Of a stretch of DNA of 64,000 nt, positions 1 through 11,300 are shown piece by piece. The position numbers and the translations under genes are program-made. The first letter of the stretch is position 1; each line of letters starts with the position of its first letter. The DNA comes from Phoronis australis (lineage: Eukaryota > Animalia > Phoronida), in NCBI GenBank assembly GCA_002633005.1, contig NMRA01000220.1, positions 573,337 through 637,336 of the forward strand, read 5' to 3'. Below the pieces are notes generated by a model that had not been told where the DNA came from, did not search any database, and was given only the letters and a program-made list of their open reading frames with translations.

Positions 1-900
1 GTAGTTTCGCAGACGACTATAGGCCTGGTGGCGCGGAAATACGGTAGTAGGATCTCGAAAACATAGGAAAAGGACAAGTGGGAACCGACAGAGCCTTGTA
101 CTGTCTTAGTAAGAATTCTGTGGACATCAAGTGTCGCATTTGAAATACGCTGTAGCACGCTGCGTCAACCCACACTCACTTTCATCGAAATGAGACGTCG
201 CGAACGACGTGTACCGTAGTGTTGAAGATCCTGTTGACCCATTATTAAGAACACCACGCAATGGCAGGTGGAGCCGAATCCGAAAACGATTGGGAGGCCA
301 ACGCAACACGCAAAGAACAAGCAGCATTTTGTGCAATCATGAGTTTGCCCACGGTTGCGTTTAAAGCAGCGGCAGTCCACGAACATCTGCGAAGTCTTTG
401 GTATGTCTGGGGCGGAGTCAGTAGGCAGCTATTGCAGGGACGGTTTTCAAGCATCTGTTGAGCGCATTCTCCACTTGACTGTGTAAAAGATGGAAGGACC
501 TTTGAAGAACCTTGTCTACAGTAACTTCTTGTAGTGCTAGAAACACCGACAAAGTATCCTAATGCTGTGACTGAAGTCAACGTTGTATGTCCAATAATGA
601 AGCAAAGATCCATGTTTTGGAGTCTCCCAAGCTAGTGGATACTTGAGCTGTGAAGGTGAGCCTGCGGTCGAGTTGCACACCTATATGTAAGTGACACGTC
701 TGATCAGATGTTACAATCCTCTTCCGATCATAGGTAGGACAAAGGAGATCATCGACACTGAAGCGATTGTGCAGAGTACAGAAGAGAGCTTCACACTTGT
801 CTCCATTGCAGCTCACTCTACAAAACAATTAGCACAATACACGCAAATTTCCATCAGTGTAGACTGCGCTTTGTGACGAATATCGTGATCCTCTATTTTT
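1..900 (-). mobile_element. Decayed LINE reverse-transcriptase C-terminal region
   Basis: Frameshifted fragments NGDKCEALF, HIGVQLDRRLTFTAQV and TYQRLRRCSW resemble the non-LTR RT motifs (YLGV.lD..L.F..hv and Y..RL..L.W). Confidence 0.55.
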
Positions 901-2899
901 TGTCAGGTTTTAAAGACATACTGCTAACCACCATTCACACGATTGTGTAAATGTCGTTTTATAAGCTTTGCTGCATGCGCTCACAATGAGAGCACAAACA
1001 TGCAATTTCTATAGTGCAGTCAAAAAATACGAGCGGACAGCATGAAATTTGAAGTTTACCAACCCTGTAAGTGTAGCTCCCCCTCGCAATTTTTCGTCAA
1101 ACGATTGCCGTGGGTTTTGATGTGCCCTCGAACGAAGGCCTATGGGTTCCAATAACAGCTCCCCTAAAAATTCTCGTCGTCATTTTCGGAACGACGCCCA
1201 GCTAAAAGCAGTGCTGTAGTGGGACGTAGGTGACCTTAGGCGCAACCAACTACCTTTCGGCATTTGAACGTCGCGCCTACGCTCCGTAAGTTAAGTTATA
1301 GTAGGGCGTCGGCGCACGTAGGCACAGCCAACTATCTTTTTATATTATGCAATAAGACTCGTCCTTGCAGTACAGCTGAGATGTGAACGAGGACTCAGCG
1401 AAAGAAATCGATAGTAAACAGGCGATCGAAGGGCCCCGAGAGGACACATCCCACTGAGGGGCGACTAAAAACGCCGCCAGCATATCGTTTCTGGGCGTTA
1501 CGCAATTATTTTCATTTATAATTGTGTTTGGGCCCCCTTGAGGGACCGCTTGGAATTCACTCGGACCTTTGCTTTCCTGCATGTGTGGTTGGACCCCTTT
1601 CTGCGACATCCTAGATTAACCACTGCAGACTTGAAACTTATACACACTCTTGAGTCAAAAATAGGCCTACATATGTTTGTGAGGTTTTGCGAATTCAATG
1701 CACTTTTAAAATTCAGTGCTCAAGATGATATGGAGGGCTTTGGGCACCTACTCACTTCTAATTTTACCACTACAGCACTGGCAAAAAGGGCTTCGTGAGA
1801 CAATTAGTTTGCGAAGCACCTACATATCTTAACTCAGTAACCCACCTTTACAGTTCAACATATTATGTAACTTTTGTAATTACCGATATCTGTAGTAGTT
1901 TAGTTTGTCATGATATATATGACCTTTTATTCATCTACACGTGTTGTTTCACTGTAAACTGGCTTCGGTATCGCTTCGCAGTTAGCGCTTATAAAATTCA
2001 TTTTTTCTGAAAGTAGAAAACATGTAGCATTTGTCTGACTTCCTACGAATGTGCGACAACTTGAGTCACATAATCAGCAGAGCTTGTATTATTTCTCCTC
2101 AGAAATTGATTTCACTTATTGCTTATTCTTTGTATTATATTTGAGCGACTTTGACAAACAAATCTGCACTTGACACGCGAGACCCTAACGTTCGGATCTG
2201 AAGAATCCGACTAAAGAATGCGAGGGACACCAGAGTCAAAAAGGTATGAAAGTCCCGGAAGTTGGTGTTTTCAGCTACATGTTTGCACTGGAGTGCAGCC
2301 ATCGTCATTTCAATAGGACGCATTTGATTTTGAAAAGCGAGATGGTAAACCCTTCAGAGTCTTCCTGGAGCCTGTCTATTCCTGGATATGGTTTTAAACC
2401 AGACCAGAGGTTCACTAATAATGATAAGCAGCAATCTGGTATTATGAAACCTGGGTTGCGTTCCTCAGAAGCAAAACACTAGGAAGAAAAACTAATGTGA
2501 TCACATGCTTCGACTCTAAAGCTACATCTCCGGAAGCGTGAAAGATTTTACTGTTCGAATTTGTTATCTCTACACCATTCCGAGGATAAATTATTTTCAT
2601 AGGTTTCCGCAGTGTCGAAGACAGCGTATTTTTTAGGAAAAGACAATCAGTTCTATATACACAATCCTTTATAATTGTCTTGGTGGAAGATCGAATGTTT
2701 GAGCAAGCTCAATTTCCCTTTCCAGACTACATGTACAATTATCTGCTACGGGTCATTCGGTGCTCATTGTGTTATAGTTGTTCCCTTTAAATTAGTTTGG
2801 ACCGGTATGTTCCACACATGTATACATGTACATCGAATATATAATGTAGATATAAGTATTTCAGTAGCATTCTGTTAGTGAGCAGTTCCGGAGTTTGTG

Positions 2900-3720
2900 G
2901 CTGGCCTTACCCAGGTTGTTTTTGTCACTGTCATGCCTGGTCACTAACATGCGCTTAATCATATGGAATCGATTATTGTTGTACCTCAAATGTTTGAGTT
3001 GATTCAGCTTTGGTATCCTGCTTTGGAATTCTGTCAAACCCTTTCTTGGAGGCTACTTTTGTCACGGGTCATTAGGTGGTCCGTGCAAAATGTTTTGTTT
3101 GTCACAGTCAATAATAGTGACAAGTTGACAAGTGGCATGCACTGAACCACATGGAACTACTTCTTGTCGTTAATAGAATATTTCAGGTAACTAAATTGTT
3201 GTGTATTATATTATTTTTGGAATTTTTTGGCGGGTCCTTTACCGAGTGCAACTTTCCGTCAATGGTCATGCTGTGTTCATTGTGGTAGGTTTACTCATTT
3301 ACAATCAGTTTCAGCCGGTTTCTTGATTATCTAACCAGCTCACATTTTCAGCAACATCCATTGGGTAATCTCTGGCTTTCTAGCTGTCCCAACTCAGTGG
3401 CTGTTTTATCTTGACCGATTAGTGACCAGTGGCATGAAATAAGTCTTGTGGAACCTTTTGAGATTCTAGCAGGCCCTTTGCAGACAACACGTCTTCTGTC
3501 ATGGCTGATGAGATGCACAGTGTGAGACGATTGTTCATTTTAGATCACTTTGGAGTGTTTCTCGAATATCTCATCCAGAAGGTTAACAAATGAAACACTC
3601 TTTTAAAACCACTTTCAGCGGATGTTTACTCTGGTATGAAATTTTATTCTACATTTCATCCTCATGCTTTTCGTAATCCAGCGAAAGGGACTCCAAGTTG
3701 TGTTTTTAAAACAGTCAACC
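2900..3720 (-). mobile_element. Heavily decayed Ginger/GIN-like integrase-type transposase relic
   Basis: Ordered broken fragments FHATGH..GQDKT, HGPP...TEFQSRI and IKRML...TTWV resemble the integrase zinc-binding and core motifs. Confidence 0.35.
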
Positions 3721-4086
3721 TCCATGATTGCTTCAATCAAAGCCACTTTGTGGCTAGTGCTTTTTTATACTCGCAATCTCTCTCCTTTGGACAAAATTCC
3801 ATAAATTATTTACAATCGACATACAAGTACTGAGGTCAACGAAAAAACGTAAAGGTTACTTGTGACGCCAAAAAATTACCAATTTGGACCAACTTTTTAA
3901 CACTGTAGCCCAGAAATGGCCGACTCGATTCAAATGAAACCTTCGCATAGTGTGTTTTATACAAAGCTTTCTAAAATGTTTAAAAATGTTCCATTTTTGT
4001 ATTAGAGGCAATCCAAAAATAAGACTTATGTGATGTTTATTAAATCCATTAGCTACACACGGAGCAAAAACGAAACGATAATTTAA

Positions 4087-5673
4087 AACAAGAGTAACGA
4101 TGAGCGTTCAAATGCGCCCACGAATGCACTGCGAATGGTGTGGTTTTAGGGTTATTTATTTGTATCATAAAAACGGCCACTAGATGGCGCAAAAACATAC
4201 AATCCATCTAAAAACAAGAACATGCCATATTTAATAAAAATCTGTCAAGGAACTTCGGAGAAACGAAGGAAAACAGATTAAAATGAAATTGCCAACAGTG
4301 GGCACAGTGTCCCTTGAATCCGCCTGAAAGTCATCGTTTGTTGTTATCTTCATATAAATACACTTAATTTAGTAAAGATCCTGTAGTGGGTTTAGGAGAT
4401 ACAACTATGGGCGGATAACAAAACTACCACTAGTAGGTGCCACAGTAGTCAGTCCACCATCATCAAAGGTAGTCTTCACACTGAGAACATATATGTCAAT
4501 TTTCAAATGATTTGGTTGATACAGGGGTCGACGCCAAAAACAAGATTTGAAAACAGCAAAAATGGCCACTAGGTGGCGAAAAATAACTCAATTCCATCCA
4601 AAAACAGAAAGATACCGGCATCACACCAATAGATGCCTATATTTAAAATTTGATGAAAATCTGTTGAGGACCTTTGAAGAAAACAGTAAAAATGGCCACT
4701 AGGTGGCGAAAACTACGTCGAATCCTTCCGAAAACGAATGGATAGCGTTATCTTACTAATAGGTAGCTACTTATTAAATTTCATGAAAATCCGTTCAGGA
4801 CGTTTGAAGATACAAAGGTAAGCGTAAAAAACTAAAATTGCCACTAGGGGGCACACTGGTAGTCGGATCCGTCCAAAAGTTTGCTCATGCCGTCTCATTT
4901 ATGAATGAAATACGTGTGCTAAATTTCATGAACGTATGTCAAAGGGTTTTGGAGATAGAGCAGCCGGGAAGGACGCCGGACGGACGCCGCACAGCAGATC
5001 TGTCCGAAAGTCGTCGTCATCCGTAGTCAACATCACATAAATACACTTCCTAAATTAAGTAAAGATCCTGCGAACGGTTTAGGAGATACAGCCATAGGCG
5101 CAAAAAAAACTGCCACGAGGAGGCGCCACAGTAGTCGGAATCGTCGGAAAATCATTGTCAACCGTCCTCTTTATAGTAAGCACATACATGCCAATTTTCA
5201 CAATCATCCTTTGAGCGTTTTGGTTGATAGAGGAGTGCACGCAAAAAAAAAACTCGAAAACAGTAAAAATGGCCACTAGGTGGCGCAAACTACGTCGAAT
5301 CCATCCGAAAATTTGAGGATAGCGTAACTCACTAATAGGTGCCTACATATTAAATTTCATGAAACTCCGTTAAGGACTTTTGAAGAAACAAAGGAAAACG
5401 TAAAAAAATAAAATTGCCACTAGGGGGCACACCTGTAGTCGGATCCATCCAAAAGTCGTCGTCGTCCGTTGTTAACATCAAATTTCGTAAAGATCCTGCG
5501 AACGGTTTAGGAGATACAGCCCTAGGCGCAAAAAACTGCCACTAGAAGGCGCCACAGAAGTCAAAATTGTCGGAAAATCATCGCCAACTGACCTCTTTAT
5601 AGTAAGCACATGCATGTACATGCCAATTTTCACAATCGTCCTTTGAACGGTTTGGTTGATAGAGAGGTGGACA
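4087..5673 (+). mobile_element. Helentron/HINE-like non-autonomous element with ~145-bp tandem array, copy 1 (rearranged)
   Basis: Starts AACAAGAG...AAATGCGCCCAC as in copies 2 and 4. Monomers carry CCACTAGGTGGCG-type motifs. A GGAC-type segment sits internally at ~4970-4990. Confidence 0.75.
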
Positions 5674-5867
5674 CATCAACTAAAAACAGCAACATTCAGC
5701 GAAGAGGCTCTTGACAGTAATTTACGAATATGTCGTCCTACCTCGCATGAGCATGTGAAAAAGCAGGGTTGTCTGTGGCCTCTTGAAAGTTTGATCTATT
5801 TTTGCTGTACCCAATCAGCGTGCTCATAGAGTAACATATAAATAAAGTTGCTGTTTTTAGTTGATGT
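5673..5867. repeat. 21-bp perfect inverted repeat enclosing ~150 bp (MITE or Penelope-derived)
   Basis: acatcaactaaaaacagcaac (5673-5693) versus gttgctgtttttagttgatgt (5847-5867). Confidence 0.7.
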
Positions 5868-6926
5868 AAGCGCTCTGAAGATGTCGCGAGGGGCCTTATG
5901 AGCATGCGCATTAGACGAAACTGATATGAGGCCTTCTTGCTTTTCGCTTTGTCGTGAATGTTGACGATTGAACTAGGAAGACCTGGAGGTATTTATGATA
6001 TTTATTGGTTTTGATGTCAACAAATGGAAGCAATGAACGTGTTGCTGTCGCAGATAAAATGTTTGAGTTAAATTACTCTCAGATTTGACGTGCTTGGGTT
6101 ATTCCGGAAGTAGCCGGCAGACGGCCATATTGAATGTCAGTTGTGTACCTTTCTCTTTATTATGTTATATTGTAGAGGGCTACTTAAAGGTGCCTGTGGT
6201 CTAACGGAAACCGCACTTGAGAAAATACAAACTCAGGAAAAAACATGGCGGAATAAACCCCTAAAGTTCCAAGACGGAACAACTCGTATAGACAACTGTA
6301 GCACTCAGCAAAACTAGTTCACAAAATAGAAATATGCATACCACAAGAAATACGTAAACATAGTAATTGACTACCAAAAGCACAATGGTTGCAACGTAAC
6401 AGCATGTCTAGGTCTGCATAATAATAGTCCAGTCTGCAGATGACAAAACGCAAACTAAAAATGCACAGCTATCCAAAAATCGGTATCTAACGTTGAACGA
6501 TAACCAAATGTATACTTACAGCGTTTGCCTCAAAAACAGTCTGGTAATCAACAAACGATACATATAACAACTCAGGAGAGAATAAGGCAACTGGTGCTTG
6601 TTCGGACGTTTAAATACTCCGCGAAAACCTAGAAAGCTGATTGGCCCAGACAGAATCTCAACTTACATAACCAATGGAAATAATACCACCGAAAGGGGGG
6701 TTGCTAAAATCATGACTTAACCCCGAGACAACGCCCTAAAAATATAACTGAGGCACTAGGAGATTGAGAACGCCATCTCTAGGAAAATTTGAAAACTATA
6801 TATATGCACTGCCTGCATTAACACTGTCTATATGAGTATTCAAATAAAATTCAAACCACCAGTGTATAGGACTAAAAGCATTTAAAAACGCGTTACATCG
6901 TTCCATAGATCATTAATGGCGACTAC

Positions 6927-7095
6927 ATATAGATTATTACATGGCGAAGTCATTATCCCCCGTTATCTAGAGCCCGAGTGGATTTTGGAGAATTATCGCC
7001 CAAGGGGCATTATCCCCGAGAGTGATAATTCTGAAAAATCCACGAGGGCTCTAGATAAGGGGGATAACGACTGGGACCATGTAAGAATCTATTTA
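6927..7095. repeat. Near-perfect ~170-bp palindrome (foldback MITE-like)
   Basis: atagattattacatgg...ttatctagagccc...gggctctagataa...ccatgtaagaatctat. Confidence 0.8.
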
Positions 7096-7390
7096 TACCA
7101 CATACTGAACGAGAAACATTGCAATGAATCGATTTACCTTTCTCGACTCTCCGCGGCTTTGTAACTACATTCTATGTCAGAGGCCGGGGTCGGAGGTCGT
7201 GACCTTTTAAGAAAAGCCGAGCTATTTTTGTCAAATAATGCTTTCACTCTAAACCAATTGAAAAAAAAAAACAAAATCTGCGTAACATGGAATATTTCAC
7301 TAAGTCAGACGGCAGCAATATAACTCATATACACGCTCACCAATGGTCTCTTTCCAATAGAACGCCCTTTCCTCCATGCTCCTAAATCAT

Positions 7391-7396
7391 TTTATT
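7391..7396 (-). terminator. Polyadenylation signal AATAAA of the giant gene
   Basis: tttatt on the plus strand, 38 nt past the stop codon. Confidence 0.6.
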
Positions 7397-7433
7397 ACCC
7401 CATTCATTCAGTCGTAGTCCTCAAATGGTTAAG

Positions 7434-8353
7434 TCAAACAAAGTGGTTGACGATCTTCGAAGTAAAGGACGTGTATGTTCCAAATGGGGTGATAGCGTCG
7501 ATGGTTGTCGTGTAATTCATGCGAAACCTGTAGATGTGGGTTGGAATCTGATAATTTGTGTTAATGGTGTCCACTCTGTTCACAATGTCGACAGTCCCGA
7601 CCTCCGCACCCAATGAAAACATATAGCGCAGATCACCTGGTCCCGTGTAGTTAAACAAATTGAGCCAGTCGATGTAAAACGTCATTGTTATGTTATTCCG
7701 ATGCAATGTGGGCTTCATGCCTGTTATCAATGGGGACCCGAAAAAGACCGAAACTGTAGTAGAGATTGGAGTGCTCTCTACCCCACCCATGTTTACGGCA
7801 TTCACTGAAACTTTGTAACTCCTAAAGAAATGCTCCTTCTCACATCGTTGTACGGGGGACGTGTCATTACTTGTGTTTGACATCTTGATGAGCGGCAACA
7901 TTACACACTCTTCACCTAGCCAATAGCTTTCATTAAAAGGAGGCAAATTGAAAATGAAGCGTGTGTGTTTTGCCAGTTTAAATGTATCGATAAGCGCTGT
8001 CACATTATACTCATCCACTACTATGACATGGTATTTGTGAATGCCGGCCTTGTCCTGAAATCCTGTGATTGTTAAGTCCAAAATAGAAGCGCTTGACTGG
8101 TAACCAGTCTCTGCATAGAAAAAAGTTGACGAATAAGGTTTCACGGTTACGGATGCCGAACTTTCCTCTGGCGGGTGAAGTACGATAAGAAGAGGATCAC
8201 CGAAGGTCGTGGATTCCAGGTGGGCGTGGCTGATGCATCGAAGGGTTGGGAAGATTTTGGCGCCGTGAGAAAGAGATAAGGCGGCGGCTTTACTTTCGCT
8301 GGTAGTGTCAGTAGGGGTCCACTTCAGAACGCCCGTGTCACCTTGTACTTGAC
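7434..8353 (-). CDS. Exon 23 (terminal)
   Basis: Acceptor tcttag, phase 1, open to TGA. Ends ...GAEVGTVDIV...TSKIVNHFV with no hydrophobic TM helix. Confidence 0.92.
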
Positions 8354-11300
8354 CTAAGACAATGTATGGAACAAATGTTTTTGAGTTTCCTTAATAAATC
8401 GTGTTCAACCAGAGAGAAGCAACATCAAAATGATCGTGGAAGTTAGGGACAGCGCACTCAGAAGTGAGAAGCTAGTAAAACGTCAGGCTTTAAAAGACAT
8501 GATCGGTGATAAAAAATGTTCTATCTAGTCATTGATCTCGACTTTTGATATTTACTTCAAAGCGAATTTAAAATTGAAAAAATACTAAATTATCATATAG
8601 TGTTGCAGACGAATCAACTGAAATGTTTATAGTCCCGAAAAATAAATAGTCACTTACCCAAAGACCAATAACACCTTTCAATGCCACTTTCTGCCTTTGC
8701 GGTCCACTTAGCCGTGACGTCAACAGATTTCGAATTGTTGACACCGAAAGACATTGTTACATTAGATATGATGGGTGCTAACCAGTCAATCACTTTTGCT
8801 GCCGAAATTGTGGTCGTCTGTTCACCAGCTTCGTTGACCGAGAGCACAGACGCGTAAACAGGAAGACCGTGTTTTACAGGCAGATCGTAGTAGATTTTGG
8901 ATTGCCTGCGACCGACGTTTTCGATGGAAGCGAGTTGGAGACCGCCAGATGTTGATCCAAGTCCGATCCTAGTGTAACGAATTCTGCTTTCAAAGTCAGT
9001 CAATGTCCAATGCACAACCAATCCTGTCAAACCAATCTGACGAATGGTAACGGATGCATTGGGGTCAATTGGCGACACTTTAGTAACTTTCCGCAAGCTA
9101 ATTTTTATCAGCTTGATTTCTGAATTTTCAGAAAGGCTAAGTTCATTTAGCCCTTCTTCAACAGGAATGTCAACTAGAAATCTGCAGACAAATAAATGGT
9201 CTGTCAGGTCCATCAGCAATGTATGGTCACCAATTCCGATGTTGGAATATAACTGGCTGCATGGTGGAGAGACTTCTACGAGAAATTGATAGAGAGAAAA
9301 GGAAGGAATGGAGACAGTCTGTGACACTTTGCCGGTCAGCCTCAAATTACTTCCAGCACTAAAGGAAGTGTTTCCAACAACGGTCCAAGAGTTTCTGTAT
9401 ATTTCCTCGCTGATGTTGGAGAAATCACCGTTTGTGACCAGATCCGGTCCTAGAGTTGATGGTGTGTATGCTATGGGTGGCGTGCCATCAAAGGTAAACG
9501 GCGGTGAAGCAGCAATGACATATTTCTCAGACGCATCGATGGCTTTCACAATTATGTGATACGTTGAACCGTGAGTTAATGACGTTACTGGGTGCTTCAC
9601 GTGGTTAAGAGTGCCTACGTTTACAAAACCTTTGACATCGGACCGATTTGGACTGCTGCCAATGCCCCAGTGATACTCTTTAATAAATGAATGTCTATCG
9701 CTAAAGCCGATCCAACTGATGTCCAAGGTTTCTTGTTTGGACATAAATCGGTGATTATGTTTCCACCTTCCATTGAATACAGTCCCAGGCAAGGGTGGCT
9801 CGTTGTCAATGACTACACCATCAGAGGTCTTGTTTGACGCCAAACCCACCCCATTGACAGCACGAACTGTGACATAATACTTTGTTCCGATGGGGATGTT
9901 CAGCCCGGTCTTAATAAACTTTGTCGCCATCCCCACATTTTCAAACTCTACAATTTCGTTGCCTGGAAAAGGAAACATCAAGAATTGATACTTTAGCAAT
10001 GATTTTTGATGTCCTACTTTTTCCTCGCAAAAATGCAAATCGTTCATTAATCATGACAGCTTCACATTCTTTTATGTAGACTTCTTAGTGTTCGTAATGT
10101 CAGCAAAGACAGCTCGAGAAGGGGAGAAAACTTGTTATCTCGCGAGATTTACAAAAAGTTGCAATTCAGTCAAGCGACCTAAATATGGCACGTTTTGGCA
10201 CATTTTGCGTTTTAATTGGAAATGATACGGATTGTTGTAAATTCTTTGCTGAAATGACAGGACGTAGCTGTATATGTTAATAAAAACAAAGAAGAAATTA
10301 AACCGGCCATTTCACCGAAACATGTCAAGCCGGATTAAATTCGTCGTTGTTTTTTATTGAAATAAAGAGTTAAGTTACTTTTACGCATTAATTTTGTTCA
10401 GTTGCTAAATCTTGTCACCGACAGCCATATTTATGTTCAGACTGACCTTTAAAAACACAACTGGTAAACCTTCAGAGAACCTAAATATCAAACACTATGT
10501 TTCTGCATACGCCAGGGACTGCGGAAAACTTATTATCCGTGTTATGAACGCGGAAACCTTGTCGCCAAATTGCAGTTCATGTGTTTAAAGATATTTACTG
10601 CTAGACCACAAGTCTGTTCGCAACGAAATTATCCATAAAATGTAATCTGAAGACAACACAAGGTGTTTCGATTAATCAGTTCGGACGACTAACTCACGCG
10701 AAATCACACTGCAATATCTCCTTGGCTTGTTGACGTGACACATATCCACGTGCACGACCGGGTCTCGACTTGCGTTTTAAAACAAATGAAAAAATGAAAC
10801 TGTGGAGGATTCCCAGTTCTTTGAGATGATTTCATTGTGGAGAAAGTTTACTTTTTCAACTTTTATAACCAACTTATGGGATTGTCTATTTTGCACCCTA
10901 TCTTGATGAAATAGAAACAAGGCAACGCTATAAAAAGACAGCAAAATAAAAAGAGAGATAGTGCCAGAAATTGAATGCATAAAAGCGGAACAAAAATTGA
11001 TGTCATTTATTTGTCAGATTATGATTCAAGTAAAAATTATAAAGAGGTCCGTTATATATTTAGGTACAATATGTGTATTTGTTTAACTAAGCTCTCCTAG
11101 TGCAAGCAAAATCAGCAGCGTGAAGTACACTTTCGTTGTGAGATGTGAGTGTATAAACATGTATTAGTAAAGTGACGTTAACCAGAAAAGATCAACAACC
11201 GCATGGTTCGTCACCTCGAGTTGTGTAGAAAAAAAGTGCACCCACCTTCCATAGTCGTGCCCACCATGATTTCATAGTGGTCAATACCACTGTCTGGGTC

